Assembly (NCBI GenBank): GCA_009602725.1
Contig: WELB01000031.1
Coordinates: 180,022 to 244,021 of the forward strand
Reading direction: 5' to 3'
Length of the DNA: 64,000 nt
DNA from: Spirogloea muscicola
Taxonomy: Eukaryota
Below, one piece after another: positions 13,102 to 25,660 of this stretch; the first letter of the stretch is position 1, and every line of letters starts with the position of its first letter. The translations under genes and the position numbers were made by a program. The notes under the pieces are model-generated. The model made no database searches and was not told where the DNA came from. It was given only the letters and a program-made list of their open reading frames with translations.

Positions 13102-13795
13102 NNNNNNNNNNNNNNNNNNNNNNNNNNNNNNNNNNNNNNNNNNNNNNNNNNNNNNNNNNNNNNNNNNNNNNNNNNNNNNNNNNNNNNNNNNNNNNNNNNN
13201 NNNNNNNNNNNNNNNNNNNNNNNNNNNNNNNNNNNNNNNNNNNNNNNNNNNNNNNNNNNNNNNNNNNNNNNNNNNNNNNNNNNNNNNNNNNNNNNNNNNN
13301 NNNNNNNNNNNNNNNNNNNNNNNNNNNNNNNNNNNNNNNNNNNNNNNNNNNNNNNNNNNNNNNNNNNNNNNNNNNNNNNNNNNNNNNNNNNNNNNNNNNN
13401 NNNNNNNNNNNNNNNNNNNNNNNNNNNNNNNNNNNNNNNNNNNNNNNNNNNNNNNNNNNNNNNNNNNNNNNNNNNNNNNNNNNNNNNNNNNNNNNNNNNN
13501 NNNNNNNNNNNNNNNNNNNNNNNNNNNNNNNNNNNNNNNNNNNNNNNNNNNNNNNNNNNNNNNNNNNNNNNNNNNNNNNNNNNNNNNNNNNNNNNNNNNN
13601 NNNNNNNNNNNNNNNNNNNNNNNNNNNNNNNNNNNNNNNNNNNNNNNNNNNNNNNNNNNNNNNNNNNNNNNNNNNNNNNNNNNNNNNNNNNNNNNNNNNN
13701 NNNNNNNNNNNNNNNNNNNNNNNNNNNNNNNNNNNNNNNNNNNNNNNNNNNNNNNNNNNNNNNNNNNNNNNNNNNNNNNNNNNNNNNNNNNNNNN
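13102..13795. other. Assembly gap (other gaps: 20317-21001, 30659-31310, 49744-50149, 57720-57784, 63920-63958)
   Basis: Runs of N. Confidence 1.
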
Positions 13796-16223
13796 CGCTG
13801 CTGCCGCCGCTCCCGGCAGCCGCCGGCGCCCGGCCGCCGCGCCTGGCGTCCGCCAAGAAGACGCTGGGCAACATTGTCATCTCCATCGTCGGCGCCGGCG
13901 TCCTCGGCCTGCCCTACACCTTCATGCGCGCCGGCTGGCTCCTCGGCGCTGCCGCCGTCGCCGCCGCCGCCGCCCTCTGCTACTACTGCATGATGCTGCT
14001 GGTGAGCTCCCCGGCGCTCCCCGGAGCCGCCTCTGTGTCCATCATCTCATGCTTCATCCAGACAAGAGACCATCAGGCCGACGCGGCTGCTGTGAGGCGC
14101 CATGCATCGCCATGCATCGCCAGCGGCGACGGCAGGCGGCCCTCGTCGGCCAGCAGGCTCGGAGCGCTACGATGAGACAATGCTGCATACTGCGCTTGGC
14201 TTTGGGCTGCGGCTAGCGGCCGAGACGAGCTGGAGATGCGCGCCTGACGAGGCAGTCCAGGCTTACAAGTGCTCACAAGCTGCCTGCCGTCGTGGCCGGC
14301 TGGCGATAGGTGTGGTGCCGGCAGAGGCTCGGGCGGGACGGGGAGGAGGAGATCAAGTCGTACGGGGAGCTGGGGCGGCACGCCTACGGGGAGATCGGCC
14401 ACGCGGCGGTCGACTCGCTGGTCCTGGTCTCCCAGGGCGGCTGCTGCGTCGCCTACCTCCTCTTCATCGGCGAGAACCTGTCGTCCATTGCCGGGCAGTC
14501 GGCGTACAGCAAGGCGTTGTTCATCTTCCTCCTTCTGCCCTTTCAGGTGGCTCGACAGATCTCACCCACCTCGTTGCTTTGTGTCAGCCGATGCTCAGAC
14601 GCCGTTTCATCTCACAGGCATCTTTGACTGATCGAGTCCTTACTTAGTGTGCACGAAGTGGTCTAGAAGGGTGCTTGCTCCTTGTTTGATGGACACCCAG
14701 AATTCTCTCTGACTCACAAATGTGCCTGACGCATTGGCCTGTTACAGGTCCTCCTAGCTTGGGTACGCTCGCTGGCAGGCCTGGCCCCATTCAGCATCGT
14801 CGCGGACGTTGCTAACTTATTCGGTGTGTGCCATTGTATAAGAATACTAACGAATGTACTTCGAAGTGGATGGTTGCAAATATATGGGCAAGCAGACTCT
14901 GCTCATGCATGGCTAGGGGAAGCAAGGAATCGACATCTCTGAGCTCTGGCATAATTCTCGTCATGTTGCAGCCATGGCTGTGGTCATCAAGGACGACTTG
15001 GGTAGCTTTTCTGGCTTCTCTCAGGTCAGGGCCTTCACAGAAGGTGCCGAGGTGCCTTTTGCCATTGGGGTGGCCATTTACTGTTACGAGGGCTTTAGCA
15101 TGACCCTCCCTCTCGAGGCCTCCTTGAAGGACCGCTCTAAATTCCCCAGAGTGCTTGGTGAGAATTGGATCAGCTAATAAGCTCATGCTCAGAAGTTACT
15201 CCCATGGCCACGCTGCACCTCCTCATGTTGCACCTTGCACCTTATGGTACCAGAACTGTAGCTTCCTAACACTCTTCCTGATATACGAGGTCCCTTGTCA
15301 ATCTGTGAGCAGGCCTTGCATTCTTGGGTATCACAGTGGTGTACATCTCTTTCGGAATAGTTGGCTACCTGGCCTTTGGAGATAAAACAAAAGACATCAT
15401 CACTTTGAACCTTCCAAACGACTGGTCAACTGTTGCAGTCAAACTGGGGCTTTGCGTTGGTCTGTTTTTCACCTACCCAGGTATACACAGGCTGGTTATT
15501 GTGCCTTCGCAACTGCACTTGCTGATCTGTCAAGCATTGGAGAAGATCTGCTTCTTAGTATCATCTGATATTTGCAGTGACTTGAGGAGTCCTTGCAGTG
15601 ATGATGCAGCCTGTGCATGAGATATTTGAGAGGAGGATCGGTCACAGCACCTCCTTTGAGAAGCTCCTACAGCCATCTCCCCAGATGAGGGCTGCTGCAT
15701 TGAAGGCCATCAGGGCCGGCATTGTCCTGCTTACTGCCGTCCTTGCCGTGAAGGTGAGCTACTGCCGCTGCCATAGTCACCCCACAATGTGAAGAGCTTT
15801 GTGACCTACTAGAGCCTTTCACCTGAAAGAATGAATCACCTTGTTGACATGCCTCAACGGGTTAGGAAGTTGAGCTCAAGCGCCCTGCCTTGGCTGTATT
15901 GGCTCTACTTCATCACGTCAGTGAAATTGGGTGCTTCTTGCCAGGTACCTGGTTTTGCCGCTTTCATTTCCCTGGTGGGAAGCACAGTCTGTGCAATGTT
16001 AGCATTCGTCCTGCCGGCTATCTTCCACCTACATATATTTGGCGACGAGCTGAGCAACGTGGCCAGGATCAGTGACTCTTTATTCATATTATTCGGGGTG
16101 CTATTTGCTCTTTATGGCGTCTACTCCAGTCTTCCTGCTTTAAGCTCCTCATCTCAATTAGCTCCTGAATTGACACCTGTGCTAGTGCCACTTAGACTCG
16201 TACGCCTTTCTAAGTACGACTAA
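13796..16223 (+). CDS. Amino acid/auxin permease (AAAP) family transporter, ANT1/AVT3-like; N-terminus in gap
   Basis: Motifs KTLGNIVISIVGAGVLGLPYTF, SYGELG, SQGGCCVAYLLFIGENL, GVAIYCYEGFSMTLPLEAS, GYLAFGDKTKDIITLNLP and FISLVGSTVCAMLAFVLPAIFHL over several exons; stop at 16221-16223. Confidence 0.93.
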
Positions 16224-16850
16224 TGTAAATGCGTCTGGCATGAGCTCCATGCACAACCTGGCTGAGGTAGGACTTTGCTTGCTTGTCATCTCGGAGCTAG
16301 TGCCATGTTTGAGGTGACAGTGTCACCATATCTGAGTGACACGCATCCTCACAAACAGAGTGTGCTCTTGGTAAGCGAAGCTTGCACAGAGCAGCAGTGA
16401 TTGTGGGCATGGTGTGTCTATGTACATATGCTTAATGCCTTCTTAAGGCCCATTCTTCCTAGCTATGATTGCAGATAGTGGACGTTCACTCATTGTGTGT
16501 CCAGGTCACGTGCAGACAAAGACAAGCTACTCACAAACCATATGGTCTGTCAACTTGCAGAGGAGCAGGAGACTGCCCCTAGGAGTTCTCGAATTGTGCT
16601 GTAGCTGTACAGGATTTACAGTCTAAACGAAAAGCTTCGTAATTGGCCTGTTCTTTGGGCATACCCAACTGACAGCAAATCTAGGCAGGGGAGTGCCAAC
16701 AAGTGGCCCCTCCAATGGAGGCGGGCTAGCCCAAAGCTGAAGTTGTACTAGTCTAGCAGGGGCGGTCTGCGTTGGCAAGGACGGCCCTATGTGCCACAGT
16801 CATCATCCGTCATCTATGCTTACATTACTTTCTGCTTTTGTTTCTCTTAC

Positions 16851-17060
16851 AAAGTACACTGGCTTGCTTTGGCCTCCCTCTCAATGGATGCGCACCGCGC
16901 GCCCTCCCTCCCTCGAGAGAGAGAGAAGGCGCGCGGGGCGCATGAATTGAAAGGGAGGCCAATTCAAGCCAATACATTGTTCAGGCAGAGTCGAGTGCAG
17001 ACTAAACAATGCTACATAACACGGAGACCTAATCTAAGGTACCTAAGATGACATTAGTAC
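16851..17060 (+). repeat. Dispersed repeat containing a ~130 bp imperfect palindrome; near-identical inverted copy at 34518-34653
   Basis: 16851-16980 folds back around ctcgag (16912-16917). 16925-17060 matches the reverse complement of 34518-34653 with very few substitutions. Confidence 0.9.
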
Positions 17061-17254
17061 GAGACGAGAAAGAAAGTGGCTATTCCACCCTCCACCCTGG
17101 CCCCCCGGTCCTGCCGACGGTGGCCCCAACCCCGAGGGTGCCAACAGCCAGGAAGGAGAGAGTGANTGGGGGGGGGGGGGGGGGAAAGTTGAGGCACAGC
17201 TTGTGCTCGCCGAGCACGAGTAAGGCATGAGCCTGCTGCGCCCCCACCCGCCGC

Positions 17255-17495
17255 ACTCCTACAGCGGTTCCAAGCGATTGCTTTGCATCGCCGGGCTGGT
17301 CGCGCCCTTGCAGCAGCCTCTGATCTGCGCAGCGGGGGGTTGCTCTTCCTCCCCTCAGCTCATCTGACTTGCTACTGCTGACACGGGGGTATTGAGGGCG
17401 CCCTGTCTGCCTAGCCTTTGGCTCCGTCATAAACACCTGTTTGCATCTGGCTGGCAATTTACAGCCGATTCTTTGATATCAGCAGCCGCATTCCT
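17255..17495 (+). mobile_element. CRE-like retrotransposon 3'-end relic (same family as ~55970-56205)
   Basis: Translates as LLQRFQAIALHRRAGRALAAAS..(frameshift)..LPPLSSSDLLLLTRGY* (TGA at 17393-17395); DNA matches ~55990-56205. Confidence 0.8.
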
Positions 17496-17616
17496 TGTGT
17501 GCAGCTGGAGCCGCCGGGCAGCCTGCCACAGCTCGTCTCAGCCGCAGGCGACCTTTCACGAGCTCACCGCCAGCCAGAGCCCTGGGGCTCTGACGCCTCT
17601 GCGCTTCTCTGTGAAG

Positions 17617-19145
17617 ATGGCGACTGCCTGCCTGGCAGCCGCTGGCCTGCCTGGAGGATCGCTGGCCGCTGCACAGGCGCCGCCGAGCTCGCCTTTGGCA
17701 GACGACTCCCGGCCCGCCCAAGTAAGGACGCCGCAGAATCCTGTCTCGCAACGGCCGCAAGCGCTAGTTCCGCGCTCAGTGCCTGAGCTTGTTTCTGCTG
17801 CACCCCAAATTTCTCTGAGGTCGCTGCTGCTGGACATCGAGTGGGCAGGTCCAGCTGCCCAATGGGCGTCGCGTGTCGTACCTGGAGAAGGGCGCAGTGC
17901 GCGGCGAAGCCGCTCGCACGCTGCTCGTCGCGGCTCGTCGTCGGCCTGGGCTCGTCGCGGCTCGCCAACATGCCTGGTGCAGCCTTGCGCCGGCCCCGCC
18001 AGCTGCAGCGCCGTCAGCTGGAGGAGCTGCTAGCTGACTCTGTATCTGACATCACGCCTCGCTCGCTCACTCGCTGGGCTGCCGCTGGCGGCGCTGTTGC
18101 CGCCGTTGCGAGCGACAGGTGTGTCCAACGAGCTGCTGCAAGAGTTCGGCGTGAGGCTGGTGGCAATTGACCGGCCGGGGTATGGGCGCTCAGACCCTGA
18201 CTATGGCCTGACGTTCCACCAATTTGCCACGATGTGGAGGCACTTGCCGACGTTGAGGCGCTGGCGCTGGGCGACCGCTTCTGGGTGCTAGGGTACTCAG
18301 CTGGTGGCGCTTATGCGTGGGCGCTTGCACGATACCTCCCCGGCCGTGTTGCCGGCCTGGCGCTATGGGCGCCTGTCGGCTGCTACCAGTGGCAGGGCAT
18401 CTCGGCGGCAGACCGGCGGGCTATGGAGGACGAGACCGGCGCGACCAGCCGCCAGCTACTGTGGCTCGGCAGCAAGCTGCCGCCGCCGTTGCTGCGGCTT
18501 CTCGTGCAGCTTTTCACGGTGCGCCGTGCGGGCGAGCCGTGGGTCAAGCGCGCCCAGACCAGGCTCTCCACGCCCGACCGCGCGCATCTGGCGGCGCCGG
18601 AGCACGCAGCAATGATGCTGCGCGACAGCCTCGAGTCGCTTGCGACGGGGTTCCATGGCGCCGGCCTCGCTAAGGTCCGCCCGCTTCCATTCCCCTTCAG
18701 ACCCCCTTGGTCTGCCGCGCTCCTAAGGCTCAGCGCCACCCGCTGGGATACGGCATGGTCGCAGGACCTCGAGCTGCTCTTTCGCCCTTGGGACTTCCAG
18801 CCAGCGGACATCGCAGCAGCCTTAGCCGGGCCAGTGCACGTCTGGCAGGGCACGGAGGACAGCCTCGTCTCGGTGCGCCTGCAGAAATGGGTGCGTGACC
18901 GCGTGCCAGGCCTCGTCACATTGCACCTGCTGCCTGGGGAGGGCCACCTCTCGTGGTTTTGCTTCAACCCCGCTGCGCATCGCGAGGTGCTGGCCACGCT
19001 ATTTGGTATGAACGTGGACGTGGTAGCGGACGGCACCCATGGCAATGGCAGTGGGGGCCTTCCTGTGCACACCGTTGCTTCAGCCACCGAGACAGAGGGC
19101 AGCGGCACATCCGGCAACATGGAGGGCCCCTTTGCCACACACTAA
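17617..19145 (+). pseudogene. Alpha/beta-hydrolase fold protein with two apparent frameshifts (pseudogene or assembly errors)
   Basis: Motifs QLPNGRRVSYLEKG, GLGSSRLANMPG, RLVAIDRPGYGRSDP, nucleophile elbow GYSAGG, VHVWQGTEDSLV and LPGEGHLSW. Frame breaks at ~17930-17942 and ~18229. Confidence 0.8.
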
Positions 19146-20075
19146 CGATGCCACCAGATCCCTACCACCCATGTCAGAATCCGAACAACAGTGATGTTTA
19201 CCAGTCATCCAGCCATGACGCCGCCAGCAACATACTCCAGGATCTTGATTGAATAATAGTGGGAAGACCTCTCAAGCTTCTCAAGCCGAGCTTGTTGTCT
19301 GCTGCCAGCTACCTAGACTGCAGGTAGTATTGTCTTGAAAGGGCACTCGTTTCGTGCTGCCGAGGTCCTGGGCAGATGCTGGAAGCTGGGTATAGCTGAT
19401 GAGTCAAATTCATGTTTGGTCCAACCAGAGCTCTGTCCAGCAACCTGAAAACTGTGAAGTGAGAGCACCCCACACATTGCTGCTACTTGAGCTCCTTCAG
19501 AGATTACTTCACTTTTGGGAGTAGCAGCTGCTTCTCCTCCTGATTTCTGCAGACGTGCCAAATGCAGACTGAGCTCAAGAGACGGTGGCGCTGTAGAACG
19601 ACAGCTATTCTCGAAGGTGCTGTAAAAGGAAACTGCTACTTCCGGAGGTGCCCCTGATGACTGCCTCGTGCTGCACACAGAACCAGCCAAACTATTGCTG
19701 GCTGCAACCACAGAGCATCAGTTAATGACATGCTCAAAACAAGTCAGTCGTACGATGCGGGAACCGCGCCCTTGCCCGCAGGTATCTGGAGGGGCGTACT
19801 TGAATGTGTTGCGCACGGGTGGGTAGCACTGTTTCACGTGCCTCGGCGGTGGTGCTGAGCTCGCTGGCCGCGCAGCACGCAGTGGATACCGTAGTAGGCT
19901 TGGCTGAGCTTTCTGAGGAACGAGCTTGTCCAAGCCCAAGCGGAGCTGCTTCAGAAGCGGCTCTCTGGAAGGGGGCGAGGGCGGGTGAGGGCCAGTCTAC
20001 CAAGACTGACAAGGTTAAGCAGGGTTGGAAAGCCAGGCAGGGATGACAAGCAACGACCAATGAGCGGCCGCTCGG

Positions 20076-20290
20076 TACAGTCAAACCTTGTTATAGGCAC
20101 CTCTCGATATAGGCACATTAGGGCAAAACCTCGATAGTGGCACCATTTTGCGGGAAGCACTTTTTTTCCCAGGCAAATGTGACTAGATATGGGAACGTGC
20201 CTGTATGTACAGGCACAGTTTTTCGGGGCAGATTTCCCACTAGAAGTGCCTATAGGAAAACAAATCAACATATCTCTCATATTCTCTACA
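20076..20290 (+). mobile_element. Probable terminus of a Tc1/mariner-pogo-type DNA transposon or MITE
   Basis: TA followed by CAGTCAAACC, subterminal repeats tataggcac (twice) with an inverted gtgcctata, and an abrupt drop in GC. The other end is lost in the gap. Confidence 0.55.
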
Positions 20291-20295
20291 GAGGA

Positions 20296-20316
20296 TTAGG
20301 GTTGAGGTTTAGGGTT
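20296..20316 (+). repeat. Degenerate telomere-like (TTAGGG/TTTAGGG) tract at a gap edge
   Basis: ttagggttgaggtttagggtt lies immediately before the N run. Confidence 0.6.
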
Positions 20317-21001
20317 NNNNNNNNNNNNNNNNNNNNNNNNNNNNNNNNNNNNNNNNNNNNNNNNNNNNNNNNNNNNNNNNNNNNNNNNNNNNNNNNNNNN
20401 NNNNNNNNNNNNNNNNNNNNNNNNNNNNNNNNNNNNNNNNNNNNNNNNNNNNNNNNNNNNNNNNNNNNNNNNNNNNNNNNNNNNNNNNNNNNNNNNNNNN
20501 NNNNNNNNNNNNNNNNNNNNNNNNNNNNNNNNNNNNNNNNNNNNNNNNNNNNNNNNNNNNNNNNNNNNNNNNNNNNNNNNNNNNNNNNNNNNNNNNNNNN
20601 NNNNNNNNNNNNNNNNNNNNNNNNNNNNNNNNNNNNNNNNNNNNNNNNNNNNNNNNNNNNNNNNNNNNNNNNNNNNNNNNNNNNNNNNNNNNNNNNNNNN
20701 NNNNNNNNNNNNNNNNNNNNNNNNNNNNNNNNNNNNNNNNNNNNNNNNNNNNNNNNNNNNNNNNNNNNNNNNNNNNNNNNNNNNNNNNNNNNNNNNNNNN
20801 NNNNNNNNNNNNNNNNNNNNNNNNNNNNNNNNNNNNNNNNNNNNNNNNNNNNNNNNNNNNNNNNNNNNNNNNNNNNNNNNNNNNNNNNNNNNNNNNNNNN
20901 NNNNNNNNNNNNNNNNNNNNNNNNNNNNNNNNNNNNNNNNNNNNNNNNNNNNNNNNNNNNNNNNNNNNNNNNNNNNNNNNNNNNNNNNNNNNNNNNNNNN
21001 N

Positions 21002-21143
<142 letters not shown>

Positions 21144-24031
21144 TCGACGGCCTGGAGCTCGGACGTCGGCCGCGCCACGCTCTCGTCCGCCCGGCGCTAG
21201 TCCTGGACGTGCTGCCGCCGCTGGCGCCGCCGTCGCCGGGCCTGCCATTTCCTTCGCCGCTGCAGCGACGGCCGGGCGCCAGCCCGCGAGCGCCGAGCGC
21301 GGGCCCGCCGCTGTGGCCGACGTGGGAGGCGCCAGTGGACCTTAGCCTTCCGGGCGTCGCTGACAAGCCAAGGCGCGGCCGCCACGGCCACCAGCAGCCG
21401 CTGGCCAGCCCCGGTGTCCAGCTGAAGCGCGTCCTGACGGGGCCGTATCACCAGGACCGCGCACACATTGCTGCCGTGAGCGAGCGGACCTGCGGCAATG
21501 GCTTGCGGCTAGCAGTTGACCGCCAGTGATGGGTTTTATGGCATCCTGAGTGCAGTCCCTGTCTACAAAATAACTGACTCGTAATATGTTTAGTTATGTT
21601 GCACATTTCACTGAAGAGAGGGCTAATCTTGCTCAGTTTACCTTTTGGAAGATTATCTGAATGGTCGTGAGTCTGGGCACATATCATGATAAACTGTGAC
21701 GACGACTCCTACCCATTGGCGCTTGCAGACGCCGAGCGGGGCGAATCGGTACCAGGCCGCCGCCACGCCACAGGCCCGCAAGCTGCAGGCACTGGAGCGG
21801 AAGCGCGTGGCCGTGATCGGGCTGGGGATGTTCGGCACTGCACTGGGCACGCGGATGTCCCGCGCCGGCTTCCATGTCGTCTTCGGCTCCCGCTCAGGTG
21901 GGCATTATAGAGATACAGGGCCCTTGTCCAAATCTCCTCGACTGCTCATGGCGGCCATGCTCAGCAGAGCTTGGCGAGGTGGCGAGGCCTTTAGAGAGCA
22001 AGTTGCTTTCCATCGGCTGGACTCAGGCAAGGTGTCGAAGCAGTTCCCCATTCCGGAGCACTGCGAGGTGGCATCGGTGAAGCGAGCCATCTTCCTGGCA
22101 GACATTGTCATCCTCGCGGTGCCAGCTTGGAGCCTCCAGGCCCTCATACAAGGTGCAGAGCCAGTGATCTGTTAAGCAGTTGTGAGCAACCGATTAAGAG
22201 CTGGCTGAGAGCGAAAGTGCAGGTAATGAGTCCAACACATTACCTGCAAACACCCGCCACAGAGGCGGAGCAAGCGCTGGCGGGCAAGATTGTGGTGGAG
22301 ACGAGCAACCCCGGCGCGGTACCCAAGCTGGCGGGGCAGCCGTCCATGGGGGAGATGGTAGCCAAGTTGCTGCCTCACTCTCAGGTCCTCAAGTGCTTCA
22401 ACACCTGCTCCGCCTACCAACTTCGGTGAGTGAGGATCCAGATCGCCTCCTGCAGGCTCGCAAGCGTCGGCCCTGGGTATGACATCCAGGTGCTCTACTT
22501 CAGACGTTGCTTCAGGTGTGCAGGGCATCTGACACCTACGGCGGCCCCAAAGTGGTGGAGCTCTGCGGCAAGTCTACGAGGGCCAAGACGGCTCTGGCCA
22601 CGATGATATACGACATGGGCTTTACGCCGGCGGACATCGGAGGTGCATGCTTGCTCAGATAGAAGGACCCCCCGAGCACCTAAATCCTCTGTATTACTGT
22701 TGCTGGTGCAGCGCACATCCGGTCTGTTTCAGCTCATTCTCTGTTGTGAAACTACTCGTCACGATGCAGGCATTGCTGGAGCTGCCAGGATGGAAGCCAT
22801 GCCCATGAAGTTCTTCAACAAGTGGCGGCAAGCCCTTTGCGTGACCTTCTTCATGTCTCTTCCACTTACAGTGTACCTCATTGGTGAGCGGCACATGAAA
22901 CTGCTGCATGCATACAAGAATGTCCGAACAAGAAGGCGACTGGATTTTCGCACAAATGGAGTTGCCTGTGACACCAGGATGGACCAACCACGTGCAGTGC
23001 GGGACCAGTGGGAAGCGGAAGGATTTAGCCATATTCCAGCCAGCGGAGGCTCCAAGCTCACGGGCTGGTTGAGCCTCTACCTGCTCACGGCCACGTATGC
23101 TGCTGGCCTCATCGCAACCATTGCGCCAAAGCCGCTGTACAAGTGGATGATCTGGTGGCTCGAGCTTCGGAAGCAGCTGGGCCTCCTGGCCTTCCTGTTT
23201 GGTGCTGTCCATGGCGTGCTGGCTGTCGCACTGTTGAAGCCCGAGTACACCTACCGCAATACCATCTTCACTGACAGTAAGTGCCTCATTGCTCTGCTGT
23301 GCACATTCAAAGTGTGCAGCCACACAGTGTCACGAGCCGCATTCGACGTGGCCACGCATCTCAATACAGCAACAGCAGGCTTCACTAGCTGCTCTGTCTG
23401 CAGCCTCGCATCCTGCTGCCGCAGTACGACCGAGCTGAAAGCTAGAAGCTGGCTTGCAGGTGGTACTCTGAACCTGGTTGGAGAATTCACAGTCCTGCTT
23501 GGAATGGTTGCAACTGTCTGCCTGTGCGTGCTTGGGTGCACCAGCCTGCCCAGCGTCGCATCCAGCATGTCCTGGAGGGAGTGGGACTTTGTGCACAAGA
23601 AGCTTGGCTGGGCCTCCGTCTTCTTTGCAAGTAAGCACTCCCACCTCTGATTGAGCTTACAAGATGCTTCATTTAACGTCGAGTTGCACTCGAGCACTTA
23701 GCTCCTGCCGCCGGTCTCAGTGCTTACCTCATGTGGAACGTCACAATGAACGTCACAATGGGCAACCTTTCCTCTGCCAGCTGTACATGTATTGGTTTTT
23801 GCACCATACATGGGGTCGTGGACGCACACGGGCCACTGGCTGCATGGCATGCCGCCGGAGAGCATTTTCATTGTTGCCGTGCCGTTCATGCTCCTCAAGC
23901 TCGGCCTAGTGTTGAGGAACTCGGTAGCGCTCCACGTCCAGCAGTGGCACGACAAACCTGCAGTGCATCGCTCAGTCTCACATGCGAGCCTCAAGCCTGA
24001 GCCTGCAGCTGAAAGCCGAATGCCTCCATAG
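21144..24031 (+). CDS. STEAP2/3/4-like metalloreductase: FNO-like NADPH-binding domain plus 6-TM ferric reductase-like domain; 5' end missing
   Basis: Rossmann VAVIGLGMFGTALG..GFHVVFGSR, ADIVILAVP, LAGKIVVETSNP and VLKCFNTCSAYQL. TM part: WLELRKQLGLLAFLFGAVHG, TSLPSVASSMSWREWDFVHKKLGW, VHVLVF and MPPESIF. Confidence 0.88.
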
Positions 24032-24179
24032 CCTGGGGGCACCCTTGACCGCAGCTCGCCCACCAAGAGAGGCAACTGAGCAATGATGAGTTTGAGTAGC
24101 ACATCTATCATCTCCAGGTTGACTTGACTTGTGACACGTTGCTCTCCACGATCTATTGAGTAGTGTCACCTTCTATCGT

Positions 24180-25610
24180 GGCTGTAGACAGGGGACCCGC
24201 TCCCCAGAGACTAGTTCTCTGACCTGCGGCTGCTCACCAGTAGATATTGGGCTCCCAAGGCACTTGAGTCGCTGTGGTCTTCAGCACTTGTCTGGCCCCT
24301 TCGAGTTTGTTCATTCTTTTTCTGGGCTGTCCAGTAACAGCCATCGCCCTCTACTGGAAGAGTCTCCCTCTCTTCTATCTGCAGGGCCGTATTGACCGAT
24401 TGACCTGGACTGCTATGCTGGCATGACAATCAGAACTTCATGTCCTGGAAGCAGCAGCGGCGAGCCGCCACCTGCCAAAGGCTGTCCATACTCCCCACTT
24501 TACCAGTATTTGACTTTACTAAAGAGACCTCCAGGAGAATAGCCAACTGTGGTTGCCACCTTCCGGTACCGTCTCACCCGCAGGCGAGTTGCTGAGAGGG
24601 CGGTAATGAGTTAGTTGACGCGTTCCACTTAAGAAGCCATCAGCATACCTGCCCTCTCGAGCCAGTTCTCCTCCAGAGCTGACCCCTTGGAGTAGCGCCC
24701 CCTACACTCCTTTTCAGCGCTTCTTAGCACTTCCCCTGGCCCCCCTTCTCCCAGCTCGCCCGCCACACCATCGCCCGTCGCTTCCATGGGGAGCCGGTAG
24801 ACTTTCCTGCAGCAGGGTCGCTGGCGCAAGTGTAACGTATGCGCCTGGCCGTCTCGCTGCAGAGGTCTATGGCCCGCGCGCTGCACCTTCGTGCTGGCAG
24901 AGCCCTCGCTGCTGCCTCTGGCTCTGGCCAGGGGACATACTTGTTCATTCTTTTTCGGGCTGGTTTTTCCAGCCCCAATTCTCAATTCGCGAGCACTTTC
25001 TTCTACTTCCAGGAGCCTAGCATCTCTAACCTGCGGCTGCTTAGCAGGGGTTACTGGGTAATTTGTAGCTGCTTTGTTTCTTTGTGTGCTTGTTTTTCTT
25101 AGCGCTTCCCCTGGGCCCCTTCTCGTACTCTGTTCATTCCATTTGGGGCTGGCATTTCCAGCCCCTATCCTCAATGGGCGAGCACTTTCTCGTTCTCGTC
25201 CTTTGTTCATTCATTTTTGGGCTGGCTTTCCAGACCCTATCCTCAAGTCGCGAGCTACTTTCTTCTTCTTTTCAGGCCTTGAAGCAGCGCCCCCTTTACT
25301 GTGTGGAGAGTCGATATCACAGTGCCCTAAACCCTGCGGTCGCGCTCCTGAAGACATCCTTGAGACATGAGGGAGATAGGCTCTGGCCAGGGGACCCACT
25401 TCCACTTAGCGCTTCCTCTGGCTTCCTCTGGCCCCCTTATCGTTCTTTGTTCATTCTTTTTTGGGCTGGCTTGTCCAGCCCCTATCCTCAATGGGCGAGC
25501 CCTTTCAATTCACTTCCAGGAGGAGCCCAGCATCTCTGATCTGCGGCTGCTTAGCAGGGGTTACTGAGTGTCTCGTAGCAGCTTTGTTTCTGTTACTTAG
25601 CGCTTCCCCT
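24180..25610 (+). mobile_element. Head-to-tail array of 5'-truncated CRE-like retrotransposon 3' ends
   Basis: 24749-24935 reads SQLARHTIARRFHGEPVDFPAAGSLAQV*RMRLAVSLQRSMARALHLRAGRALAAASG. Repeated FQEPSISxLRLLSRGY and hairpin/TTC-tail units are on the same strand. Confidence 0.82.
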
Positions 25611-25612
25611 GN

Positions 25613-25613
<1 letters not shown>

Positions 25614-25659
<46 letters not shown>
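25614..25659 (+). repeat. (GA)n microsatellite
   Basis: Perfect GA dinucleotide run. Confidence 0.98.
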
Positions 25660-25660
<1 letters not shown>

